Below the pieces are notes generated by a model. The model was not told where the DNA came from and did no database searches. It was given only the letters and a program-made list of their open reading frames with translations. The position numbers were made by a program, and so were the translations under genes. A DNA stretch of 32,000 nucleotides from Desulfotalea psychrophila LSv54. Lineage in GTDB: Bacteria > Desulfobacterota > Desulfobulbia > Desulfobulbales > Desulfocapsaceae. Below, piece after piece: positions 9,477 through 18,260 of this stretch. Within the stretch, counting starts at the first letter, position 1. Every line of letters starts with the position of its first letter. The stretch is taken from NCBI RefSeq assembly GCF_000025945.1, contig NC_006138.1:870001-902000 (forward strand), read 5' to 3'.

Positions 9477-10574
9477 ATGGGTTTTCGATGTGGTATAGTA
9501 GGTCTGCCAAATGTTGGTAAATCAACTATTTTTAATGCGCTGACGGCAGCAGGAATTGATGCTGAAAATTATCCTTTTTGTACAATAGAACCAAACGTTG
9601 GTATTGTTCCTGTGCTCGATTCACGTCTCGATGTGCTTTCTGAAATTGCCAAGACTAAGAAAACCATTCATACCCAGATGGAATTCGTTGATATTGCCGG
9701 ACTTGTTAAGGGTGCATCCCAGGGTGAGGGATTAGGTAATAAATTTCTTGGTCATATTCGTCAGGTAGAGGCAATTGTTCATGTTGTCCGCTGCTTTGAA
9801 GATGATAATATTGTTCACGTTGATGGGTCTGTTGATCCTGTTCGAGATCGTGAGGTTATCACCATGGAGCTCGTCCTCTCTGACCTTGATACGGTTGAGA
9901 AGAGGTTGAAAAGAACTCAGTCTCAGGCCAAATCAGGTGATAAGGCCTTTAAGGCTCAGGCCGTCTGTCTTGAGCGACTGTATGATATCTTGGATGGCGG
10001 TAAGGTGGCTCGTGTTTACGAGGCCCAGAGTGAGCTTGAGGAAAAACTTCTCGCTGAGATGTGTCTTCTGACCACCAAGCCAGTACTCTATGTGGCCAAT
10101 GTGAGTGAAGATGATGTTCTTGAAGGCAATGAGCATGTGCGTGCCCTTCAGGCTGCCGTAGCTGAAGAGGATGCCAGTGTTGTTATGATTGCAGGCTCTA
10201 TTGAGCAGGAGTTGAGTCAGCTCGATGCAGAGGAGCAGGCAGAGTTCTTAAACGATATGGGGATGGAAACTTCTGGGCTTTCTCGTCTTGTTAAAGCCGG
10301 TTATGAGTTGCTTGGCCTGCAAACCTATTTTACCGTAGGCGTAAAAGAGACCAGGGCTTGGACTATTCCCGTTGGTGCTAAGGCCCCTGAGGCTGCTGGT
10401 AAGATCCACACAGACTTTGAGCATGGGTTTATCCGGGCCGAAGTTATCGGCTATGACGATTTTGTTAAATGTCAGGGGGAGGCTAAGGCCAAGGAGCAGG
10501 GGCTGATGCGTGTTGAAGGAAAAGAGTATGTGGTTGCCGATGGTGACTGTATGCATTTTCGCTTCAATGTGTAA
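9477..10574 (+). CDS. ychF: Redox-regulated ATPase/GTPase YchF (Obg family)
   Basis: 365 aa. Contains MGFRCGIVGLPNVGKSTIFNALTAAGIDAENYPFCTIEPNVGIVPV and the C-terminal TGS/TDG-type domain (EAAGKIHTDFEHGFIRAEVIGYDDF). Confidence 0.97.
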   Translation: MGFRCGIVGLPNVGKSTIFNALTAAGIDAENYPFCTIEPNVGIVPVLDSRLDVLSEIAKTKKTIHTQMEFVDIAGLVKGASQGEGLGNKFLGHIRQVEAIVHVVRCFEDDNIVHVDGSVDPVRDREVITMELVLSDLDTVEKRLKRTQSQAKSGDKAFKAQAVCLERLYDILDGGKVARVYEAQSELEEKLLAEMCLLTTKPVLYVANVSEDDVLEGNEHVRALQAAVAEEDASVVMIAGSIEQELSQLDAEEQAEFLNDMGMETSGLSRLVKAGYELLGLQTYFTVGVKETRAWTIPVGAKAPEAAGKIHTDFEHGFIRAEVIGYDDFVKCQGEAKAKEQGLMRVEGKEYVVADGDCMHFRFNV

Positions 10575-10634
10575 TTGCCCGGAAAATATTGCCTGCGATG
10601 GATTTTTTTTGTTATTAAAAGTGTGTGAAGAGAT

Positions 10635-11657
10635 ATGTTGAAACGTCAATTTGTTGATAAATTGGATGAGGGTGACTCTATTGACGACCTGTTTGTGGTG
10701 AAGTCTCTACGTCAGAGTGAAACCAAGGCGGGTAAGCCATATCTTGCACTGACCATAATGGATAGGACAGGTGAAATTGCAGGCCCTATTTGGGATGAAG
10801 TGGATCACTATAGAGATATTTGTCAGCCAGGCAAGATCATTCACCTATCAGGAACTCTGGGCTCTTTTCAGGGAAGCAAGCAGCTCAAGGTGACGGATGC
10901 TCGGCCGGTTGCAGAAGAGGATGTTGATCTGGCCTCCTTTTTGCCGACAACTACAAAGAACCGGGAGGATATGGCCTTTGATTTACAAAAGCTTGTTCTC
11001 TCCGTTGAGGACCCCTTTGTTCGTAAGCTGTTGCTGAAATTTTTTAAGAGGTCTAAAAACTGGTCACTGTTTCAAAAGGCTCCAGCGGCCAAGGGTATTC
11101 ATCATGCCTATATTGGTGGTTTGTTGGAGCATAGTCTTTCGGTGGCTCAGCTTGCAGATCATATGGCTGGGCACTACCTGGGGGTAAATAGATCACTCTT
11201 GCTTGCCGGGGCCCTCTTGCATGATGTGGGTAAGATCGCTGAATTGAGCTATTCCCATGGGGCAATTGACTATACTGACTGTGGACGGCTCAAGGGACAT
11301 CTGGTTATAGGTAGTGAGATGGTGGCGGATGCAGCTCAGGAGATTAAGGATTTTCCCCTTGAGACCCGGGAGCAGATTCAGCACCTTATCCTCAGTCATC
11401 ACGGACGCCGTGAGTATGGTTCACCCATTGTTCCCATGACCGTGGAGGCCTTTTTGTTGAATTTCCTTGATGAAATTGATGCAAAGATGAATGTCACGGA
11501 GCAGTTACGCCGTAAGATTGATGCCAATACCATGGAGTGGACGGACTATCAGCGGCACCTGGAGAGATATCTTTTTTTACGGGGTTTAGATTCGAGGGTG
11601 AAGGGCGTGCAGTATGACGATGGCGACCCTGCAGCTCGTCAACAGTCCCTGTTTTAA
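10635..11657 (+). CDS. OB-fold plus HD-domain protein, YhaM-like 3'-5' exoribonuclease family
   Basis: 340 aa. N-terminal OB-fold region (YLALTIMDRTGEIAGPIWD) and an HD domain (YIGGLLEHSLSVAQLADHM...LLAGALLHDVGKIAEL; LSHHGRREYGSP). Confidence 0.88.
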   Translation: MLKRQFVDKLDEGDSIDDLFVVKSLRQSETKAGKPYLALTIMDRTGEIAGPIWDEVDHYRDICQPGKIIHLSGTLGSFQGSKQLKVTDARPVAEEDVDLASFLPTTTKNREDMAFDLQKLVLSVEDPFVRKLLLKFFKRSKNWSLFQKAPAAKGIHHAYIGGLLEHSLSVAQLADHMAGHYLGVNRSLLLAGALLHDVGKIAELSYSHGAIDYTDCGRLKGHLVIGSEMVADAAQEIKDFPLETREQIQHLILSHHGRREYGSPIVPMTVEAFLLNFLDEIDAKMNVTEQLRRKIDANTMEWTDYQRHLERYLFLRGLDSRVKGVQYDDGDPAARQQSLF

Positions 11658-11677
11658 TTATGATAGTGGAGTAATAT

Positions 11678-12694
11678 ATGTACGGTCAAGCAACGAGATT
11701 CCTCTGCTATAGTCAGGTATTGGGACAGCAACGGGCAAAGCAGATTGTGGCTCGGGCGATTGAGGCTGATCGTGTGCCCCATGCATATCTTTTTAAAGGG
11801 CCGGATGGTGTTGGCAAGAAGTTATTTGCCAGAGGAGTTGCAGCAGCCCTTAACTGCCGGGAAAGGCAGGGTGCCTTTGCCTGTGGTCACTGTGTTTCAT
11901 GTCGTAAGCTTCTCTCGGGAAATCACCCGGATTATACGGTTGTTCAGCCCGATAAGGGTGCAATAAAAATAGACCAGGTCAGGAGTCTCTGTCGAGATCT
12001 CTCTTTTCCTCCCTATGAGTCACCTGTGCGGGTTGTTGTCTTGGAGGATGTGCATACAATGCGTCGTGAGGCTGCTAACAGCCTCTTGAAAACTCTGGAG
12101 GAACCTCCGCAAAATAATGTCCTGATTCTTACCGCCGAGAGTTCCTGTGAGATTTTGACGACCATCTCCTCTCGTTGTCAGGTGGTCTCTTTTTATCCAC
12201 TGACAGAGAATGAGGTGTCTACTGCTCTGCAGGGTAAGGAACTTCCGCCGCTGGCCGAAAACGAGCAAGGTCTGCTTGCCCGTCTTGCCGAGGGTAGTCC
12301 GGGTAAGATGCTTCTCTTGAGTACCACTGCTGTACTACCTGTTTGGAAAAAGGCCCAAAAATTATTTATTGATCCCGCCCTCCAGGGGGATGCAGAGATT
12401 GGCGCCTGGTTACAGTGTGCAGAGGAGATTGCTCTCTTGAAAGAGGATATGACCTATTTCTTTGCGATTCTCCGCCTTATGATCAGGGATCATCTTCTGA
12501 ATCTTTCTGGAGTGCAAGAGTCTCTTTGTTCTCTTACTGACTGGGGCTTTTCGGAGAATAAATTAAGGTGGAGCAGGCCTGCTCTGCTTCAGGCGCTACA
12601 CTATATTGATACTGCTGAGAAGAAAATGGTGTATAACTGTAACAATACTTTGGTGTGCGAGGTCTTGCTTTTTGCCTTACAGAGATTGAAATAG
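11678..12694 (+). CDS. holB: DNA polymerase III subunit delta'
   Basis: 338 aa. Contains VPHAYLFKGPDGVGKKLFARGVAAALNC, the Cys4 zinc region CRERQGAFACGHCVSC, and NSLLKTLEEPPQNNVLILTAESSCEILTTISSRCQ. Confidence 0.93.
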   Translation: MYGQATRFLCYSQVLGQQRAKQIVARAIEADRVPHAYLFKGPDGVGKKLFARGVAAALNCRERQGAFACGHCVSCRKLLSGNHPDYTVVQPDKGAIKIDQVRSLCRDLSFPPYESPVRVVVLEDVHTMRREAANSLLKTLEEPPQNNVLILTAESSCEILTTISSRCQVVSFYPLTENEVSTALQGKELPPLAENEQGLLARLAEGSPGKMLLLSTTAVLPVWKKAQKLFIDPALQGDAEIGAWLQCAEEIALLKEDMTYFFAILRLMIRDHLLNLSGVQESLCSLTDWGFSENKLRWSRPALLQALHYIDTAEKKMVYNCNNTLVCEVLLFALQRLK

Positions 12695-12744
12695 TACGCT
12701 TGTTTATGGTGTAATGTTATGAGGGTAGCTTAATATAAAGAGAT

Positions 12745-13743
12745 GTGAGTGCGTGGGATATGACCAGCAAAAACGATAAATTTGACAAAGAAGAAAAGAG
12801 AGTAGAGAGCATAGGCTTTGGTCTGATTTGCCCGGCGGAAAGTTCTCTTTATCGGATATATTTTCGTGATAGTGGTCAGCAGTTTACTGCCTTTGCCATG
12901 GAAGATGATCTGAAGCGGGGAGACCTGGTTTTAGTAGATCAGGAACAGGGCCCGGAGCCGGCCGTGGTTGCGGGCATTGCTCCTCAAAATGGTTGTGAAA
13001 ATATTGATCGGCGTGTCCTGTATAAGATAGCTCGGCGCGCAGATTCTGAAGAGTATGAGAAGTATGCATCTCTTCTCCTCTTTGAAAATCGGGCCTTTTC
13101 TTTCTGTAGTAAATTGGTGAGTAAGCACAAACTTAAAATGTGTCTTGTCCGAGTTGAGCGCTTTTTTAATGGTAGCAAGATGATCTTTTACTTTACCGCT
13201 GAAAACAGGGTTGATTTTCGGGCCATGGTGAAGGATTTGGTGCAGGAGTTTCGTACCCGGGTTGAAATGCGTCAAGTCGGGGTGCGGCATGAGACTAAGA
13301 TGATTGGCGGTATTGGTACCTGTGGCCGTGAACTCTGTTGTTCCTCTTTTATTCGAAAATTTGATTCTGTTTCGATTAAAATGGCAAAGGAGCAGGATTT
13401 GCCGCTGAACCCCACAAAAATCTCAGGTCTCTGTAATCGGCTTCTTTGTTGCTTGACCTATGAGTATGATACCTATCGACAGTTGCGGAAGAAAATGCCT
13501 AAGGTCGGTCGTCTTATTACCGTTGGCGGTCAACAGTATAAGGTGCGACGACAAAATTTGATGCAGAATACCCTGTCGGTCTTAAATCGTGAAGGGGAAG
13601 AGATTATTCTCAGCAAGGAAGAGTGGGCAGGCTGTGTGACGGCTCGCGGTGAAGGGGCCGGGCGTGGCAAGCGTGAAGGGAAAAAAACAAAGGAAAAAGC
13701 TGATAAGAGCAACGATTCGAAATCAGAGAAGAAAGAGAAATAA
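12745..13743 (+). CDS. PSP1 C-terminal domain protein (RicT/YaaT-like) with a Lys/Glu-rich tail
   Basis: 332 aa. Contains FYFTAENRVDFRAMVKDLVQEFRTRVEMRQVGVRHETKMIGGIGTCGRELCCSSFI and LLCCLTYEYDTY. It sits next to holB, a common arrangement. Confidence 0.92.
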   Translation: MSAWDMTSKNDKFDKEEKRVESIGFGLICPAESSLYRIYFRDSGQQFTAFAMEDDLKRGDLVLVDQEQGPEPAVVAGIAPQNGCENIDRRVLYKIARRADSEEYEKYASLLLFENRAFSFCSKLVSKHKLKMCLVRVERFFNGSKMIFYFTAENRVDFRAMVKDLVQEFRTRVEMRQVGVRHETKMIGGIGTCGRELCCSSFIRKFDSVSIKMAKEQDLPLNPTKISGLCNRLLCCLTYEYDTYRQLRKKMPKVGRLITVGGQQYKVRRQNLMQNTLSVLNREGEEIILSKEEWAGCVTARGEGAGRGKREGKKTKEKADKSNDSKSEKKEK

Positions 13744-14022
13744 TATATTTTAAACGTTTTGTTTGTTAGGGCAGTTTGGGAAATTGGTAATTTCGATAAA
13801 GATCAGCTCAGCCCCGTTTACGAGGCTATGATATTTACCCCGGATATTGTTGCTAGTGGAAATTTAGCATATATTCGTGGCTAATTTATTGTCAGGTTGC
13901 AGCTTTAAAGAAAAATTTTTCAAGGTAGCCATTGATCAAGGTCCCGCTCCCGGGAAGAAATAGACAGCAATTCTCCGTGGCCTCCTGCTGCGAGACGTTG
14001 CTGTGAAACAAAAGATACTGCT

Positions 14023-15960
14023 ATGACAACTTATATAACAACTCCAATTTATTACGTTAATGCTCAGCCCCACCTCGGTCATGCCTATACCACCATTGTG
14101 GCTGATACCTATAGCCGTTTTCGCCACCTCTGTGGTGAGGATGTTCGTTTTCAAACGGGAACTGACGAACATGGAGAAAAAATTGTTGAAGCAGCAGAGA
14201 AAAATGGTGAGGCTCCTAAGGAGTATGTTGATAGAATAAGTGGTATGTTTCGTCAGACCTGGCCAATTCTTGGCATCGAGCCCGATAATTATATTCGCAC
14301 CACCGATGCCAACCATATTGCAACTGTACAGAAAGTTCTGCAACAGGTCTACGATAAGGGAGATATTTATTTTGATAAATATACCGGACTCTACTGCCGT
14401 GGTTGTGAGCGCTTTTTGACAGAAAAAGAGCTGGTGGATGGAAAGTGCCCCGATCATCAGACTGCTCCTCAGGAAATTGCCGAGCAGAATTATTTCTTTA
14501 AGATGTCAAAGTATCAGCAGCAGTTGCTTGATCATATCAATGCCAATGAGGATTTTATTACCCCTCATCGTTATCGTAATGAGATGCTCTCCTTTTTGAG
14601 TGAACCGCTGGAAGATCTTTGCATCTCCCGCCCCAAGAGTCGTCTGACCTGGGGGATAGAGCTTCCCTTTGATGATAATTTTGTTACCTATGTATGGTTT
14701 GATGCCCTTATTAACTATTTGACAGGTCTTGGTTTTCCAGAGGATGATAAGTATAATAAATTTTGGCCTGTTGCAGAGCATGTGATTGCCAAAGACATCC
14801 TCAAACCCCACGCAATTTTTTGGCCAACCATGCTGATGGCCATGGAACTGCCTCTCTATAAGAAGTTGCATGTGCACGGTTATTGGAATGTGGACAATAC
14901 CAAGATGTCTAAGAGTATTGGTAATGTTGTCCGTCCAAAAGAGCTTGTCGATGAGTACGGTCTTGATACTCTTCGCTATTTTACCCTGAGAGAAATGTCC
15001 TTTGGTCTTGATGCTTCCTTTAGCTCCGATGCCATTGTGTCCCGTAAAAATTCCGATTTGGCCAACGATTTAGGCAATCTCTTTAGTCGTTCCACGGCCA
15101 TGATTCAAAAGTACCGTGGTGGCAAGTTACCCGCCCCGATCGCCTGTGAGGCAGATAGTGAACTGATTGCCCTGAGCAAGCAGGTAGTTGCCACCTATAA
15201 AGAAGAGATGGGTGCCTTTCGTTTTCACAGGGCCCTACAGGCTGTGTGGAGTTTGGTGGGATATGCCAATAAATATATTGTCAGCAATGAGCCATGGGCC
15301 TTGGCTAAAGATGAAAATGCTTGGCAGAGACTGGATACAGTACTCTATAATCTTGCTGAGTGTTTACGATTCCTGGCTCTGTTGATTCGTCCTGTTATGC
15401 CAGATACAGCATCAAGAATGGCCACAGGTCTAGGCCTGGCGACGGATGCATCGATCCTTAACTCTCTTGCCTTGGGTGGCGAGTGGGGAGTTGTGCCCGT
15501 GGGCACCGTTTTAGGTGAGGCTATTACCCTCTTCCCACGCATGGAAACAGCGAAAAGTGAAGAGAAAAAGGCAGGGAAGAAGGATTGTCAGGGTGCAAAA
15601 AAACAGGAGGCAGTGATCTCCGAGGATGGTCTTGCCAATTTTGCTGATTTTCAAAAGTTTGAGTTGAGGGTGGCAGATATTGTGGTTGCTGAGAGGATTA
15701 AGAAGTCCGATCGTCTCTTAAAGTTGACAGTCATGGCTCCGGAGGAGAGGATCATTGTTGCCGGGATTGCAGCACATTATAGTCCAGAGGATGTTGTTGG
15801 TCTCAAGGTTATTATTGTTGCTAATTTGAAGCCGGCAAAATTGATGGGTGTTATGTCTCAGGGTATGGTGCTTGCGGCCAAGGTGAGTGAAGATGGTGGC
15901 GAACGATTGGTGCTCTCCGGGGTTCAGGGTGATGTCCCTGCTGGAACTCGGGTAGCGTAA
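14023..15960 (+). CDS. metG: Methionyl-tRNA synthetase with C-terminal tRNA-binding domain
   Basis: 645 aa. Contains TTPIYYVNAQPHLGHAYT, HVHGYWNVDNTKMSKSIGN, and the C-terminal Trbp111/EMAP-like domain (FQKFELRVADIVVAERIKKSDRLLKL). Confidence 0.97.
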   Translation: MTTYITTPIYYVNAQPHLGHAYTTIVADTYSRFRHLCGEDVRFQTGTDEHGEKIVEAAEKNGEAPKEYVDRISGMFRQTWPILGIEPDNYIRTTDANHIATVQKVLQQVYDKGDIYFDKYTGLYCRGCERFLTEKELVDGKCPDHQTAPQEIAEQNYFFKMSKYQQQLLDHINANEDFITPHRYRNEMLSFLSEPLEDLCISRPKSRLTWGIELPFDDNFVTYVWFDALINYLTGLGFPEDDKYNKFWPVAEHVIAKDILKPHAIFWPTMLMAMELPLYKKLHVHGYWNVDNTKMSKSIGNVVRPKELVDEYGLDTLRYFTLREMSFGLDASFSSDAIVSRKNSDLANDLGNLFSRSTAMIQKYRGGKLPAPIACEADSELIALSKQVVATYKEEMGAFRFHRALQAVWSLVGYANKYIVSNEPWALAKDENAWQRLDTVLYNLAECLRFLALLIRPVMPDTASRMATGLGLATDASILNSLALGGEWGVVPVGTVLGEAITLFPRMETAKSEEKKAGKKDCQGAKKQEAVISEDGLANFADFQKFELRVADIVVAERIKKSDRLLKLTVMAPEERIIVAGIAAHYSPEDVVGLKVIIVANLKPAKLMGVMSQGMVLAAKVSEDGGERLVLSGVQGDVPAGTRVA

Positions 15961-16020
15961 GGGCAGTCTTTTTCCAGGGGCTGTGCCCTTCGGGATCACC
16001 CCTGTTTAAGGAGGAGTTTT

Positions 16021-16317
16021 ATGTTTGTGCTTGAAAATTTTATGATGGCCGCCGCGGGTTTGTTGGATTTTTTATTTACCCTCTATATCTGGCTTATCAT
16101 TGGCAGGTCAATTATTTCCTGGGTAAATGCGGATCCTTATAATGCTATTGTCCGCTTTATCTACGATGTAACGGAGCCACCTCTGCGTAAAATACGTCAG
16201 ATATTGCCTATGCAGATGGGTGGGATAGATTTCTCACCCATTATACTGATTTTAGCGATTATGTTTTTACAGAGTTTTCTTGTTTCAACTTTGAGGCAAT
16301 TTGCTGTGATGATGTAG
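16021..16317 (+). CDS. YggT family membrane protein
   Basis: 98 aa with two TM segments and YggT motifs (LIIGRSIISWVNADPYNAIVRFIYDVTEPPLRKIRQILP; IDFSPIILILAIMFLQ). Confidence 0.92.
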   Translation: MFVLENFMMAAAGLLDFLFTLYIWLIIGRSIISWVNADPYNAIVRFIYDVTEPPLRKIRQILPMQMGGIDFSPIILILAIMFLQSFLVSTLRQFAVMM

Positions 16318-16355
16318 AAAGTCATTCTCCTATTAAATTAATTAACGGGTTTCTT

Positions 16356-17228
16356 ATGTTTACTCCACAGTCCATCAAAGATCAGGAATTTCAGATAAAG
16401 TTTAGAGGTTGTGATCCCATTGAGGTAAAGTCTTATCTCGAGGAACTTGCCGACCATGTTTTCGAACTTCACGAGCAAAAACGTAAACATAATGAAGATA
16501 TGAGTCGCCTGAAGGGAGAGCTGACTCTTGCCGAAAATGAGCGGACCCAGTACAAATCTGAACTTGCCAAAAATCAGAGTAGTGCAGGTGATATCGAAAA
16601 GAAGGTAGAGAAGGGTTATCAGTATAAGGATGAGCGTATTGCTGAATTGAGCCTTAATCTTGAGGGATTTCAGAAAAAACTTGATGCTCAGGCAGAAGAG
16701 TTTGTCTCCTGCAAGAAAACGTTGGACGAGACAAACATTCGTCTAGCGGCAGAGCAAGCCTTGGTTTCGGCCGGAAAAGCTGAATTGGAAAAAGTGCAGG
16801 CAAAAAATATCTTGCTTGAAGAGCAGCTGCAGGGGCTTAAGCAGGAGGGGATTGATTTTAAATCAACTATTCTTCTTGCCCAACAGTTTTCTGAAGAGTT
16901 GAAAAAAAGTGCTGAGGTTGAGGCAACAGAGCTTCTTATTGTTGCCAGGACTGAAGAAGAGGAACTGCGTGCTACAACCCAAGTAAAGAGGGATGAACTC
17001 CATGCTGAATTAGCATCTCTGGAAACAACGCGTAATGAGGTCCGAGACGAGATCAGGCAGAAGTTACAGACAGTGCTTGCCGGGCTTGATGTCCTGGGCG
17101 GGCCGGTAAATGACGCGACTGTTGATCTGGCTGATCTTAATTCTCTAGATTTTTCACTGGTAGATGATGCTGATGTTGCCTTTGTAGCGGCAGAGCTTGC
17201 TGAAGGTAGTGACGAGGCCCAGGCTTAA
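16356..17228 (+). CDS. DivIVA-domain coiled-coil protein
   Basis: 290 aa. N-terminal DivIVA-like sequence (MFTPQSIKDQEFQIKFRGCDPIEVKSYLEELADHVFEL), long coiled coil and an acidic tail. Confidence 0.85.
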   Translation: MFTPQSIKDQEFQIKFRGCDPIEVKSYLEELADHVFELHEQKRKHNEDMSRLKGELTLAENERTQYKSELAKNQSSAGDIEKKVEKGYQYKDERIAELSLNLEGFQKKLDAQAEEFVSCKKTLDETNIRLAAEQALVSAGKAELEKVQAKNILLEEQLQGLKQEGIDFKSTILLAQQFSEELKKSAEVEATELLIVARTEEEELRATTQVKRDELHAELASLETTRNEVRDEIRQKLQTVLAGLDVLGGPVNDATVDLADLNSLDFSLVDDADVAFVAAELAEGSDEAQA

Positions 17229-17255
17229 TGTATCTCTTTATTTTATTGGTGCGAG

Positions 17256-17543
17256 ATGAACTCCTGGTATAGGCTTGACGGCGCCACTGTTATTCTCCTG
17301 GTTTACACTCAACCCCGTGCCTCTAAGACTAAGGTTGTGGGTCTTCATGACGGCATGTTGAAGATTGCCTGCTGTTCTCCACCGGTTGATGGTAAGGCTA
17401 ATAAAGAGTTGATTGTTTTTTTATCTCGTCTCTTGGATTGCCGAAAATGTGATATTGAGTTATTGCGTGGGCAGAGTAGTCGAAGGAAGCAGTTTGTGCT
17501 GACCGGGGTGGACGCTGAGCTTTTAGACAAATTAATCGTTTAA
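17256..17543 (+). CDS. DUF167 / UPF0235 (YggU) family protein
   Basis: 95 aa. Contains VYTQPRASKTKVVGLHDGMLKIACCSPPVDGKANKELIVFLSRLL...IELLRGQSSRRKQF. Confidence 0.92.
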   Translation: MNSWYRLDGATVILLVYTQPRASKTKVVGLHDGMLKIACCSPPVDGKANKELIVFLSRLLDCRKCDIELLRGQSSRRKQFVLTGVDAELLDKLIV

Positions 17544-17564
17544 TTTTGTTGTCAAGGGAGGCCT

Positions 17565-18260
17565 ATGAAGCGATATATTATAGCTAATTGGAAGTGTCAG
17601 AAGAGGGAAGTGGAGGCTTTGCAGTGGCTCGATGGCTTTTTGCGGGCCTATAGGCCCGTTCAGGGACGTGAGGTGATTCTTGCGCCCTCTTTTCTTTGTC
17701 TGAGCTCTTTTGCGAAGAGGATTGCGGATTCGGGTCTGCCCGGCCTCTCTCTGGCCGCCCAAGATGTATCTCCCTACCCCCGTGGTTCCTACACCGGTGC
17801 CCTCTCCGCTGATCTGATAGGGGACTATGCCAGGGTGGCTATAGTTGGGCACTCCGAGCGCAGAAAATACTTTCATGAGACAAATCATGAGGTAACAAAT
17901 AAGGTGGCGGAGCTTGCCGATGCAGATATGACCCCTCTTGTCTGCCTTGATGATAGCAATATGGATGGACAACTTGCCGCCCTGCAGGACAGTGAATGTG
18001 CCGAGATGATTCTTGCCTACTGCCCGGCCTATGCCTTGAACTCCAATGTTGCCGAGCCCCTTGACAGCGTGGCGAGGGCCGTTGCTCAGATAAGAAAATA
18101 TCAGGCAAAGTACCCTATTGTTTATGGGGGTGCTGTCCGCCTTGAGAATGCGGCAGGATACTGGAACCTTGATGGCCTGTCGGGCATTTTTATTGGTGGG
18201 GCCAGTTTGGAGCTAGAGAGCTTTATGGCAATTTTGGATCAGTGCCATTCCCCCTCCTAA
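17565..18260 (+). CDS. Triosephosphate isomerase-like protein, catalytic Glu apparently replaced by Cys; may not be an active TIM
   Basis: 231 aa. Contains IIANWKCQK, AAQDVSPYPRGSYTGALSA, VGHSERRKYF, VYGGAVRLENA and FIGGASLE. The AYEPVWAIGTG motif is replaced by AYCPAYALNSN. Confidence 0.82.
   Translation: MKRYIIANWKCQKREVEALQWLDGFLRAYRPVQGREVILAPSFLCLSSFAKRIADSGLPGLSLAAQDVSPYPRGSYTGALSADLIGDYARVAIVGHSERRKYFHETNHEVTNKVAELADADMTPLVCLDDSNMDGQLAALQDSECAEMILAYCPAYALNSNVAEPLDSVARAVAQIRKYQAKYPIVYGGAVRLENAAGYWNLDGLSGIFIGGASLELESFMAILDQCHSPS

Noticed and set aside
13936-14457. 173-aa minus-strand ORF overlapping the 5' end of metG
   Set aside because: Mostly antisense to conserved metG sequence. 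The hydrophobic composition is explained by the complementary strand and there is no conserved motif.
17532-17972. 146-aa minus-strand ORF opposite the TIM-like gene
   Set aside because: It is a shadow ORF. The plus-strand frame has clear TIM motifs and tight spacing to the upstream gene.
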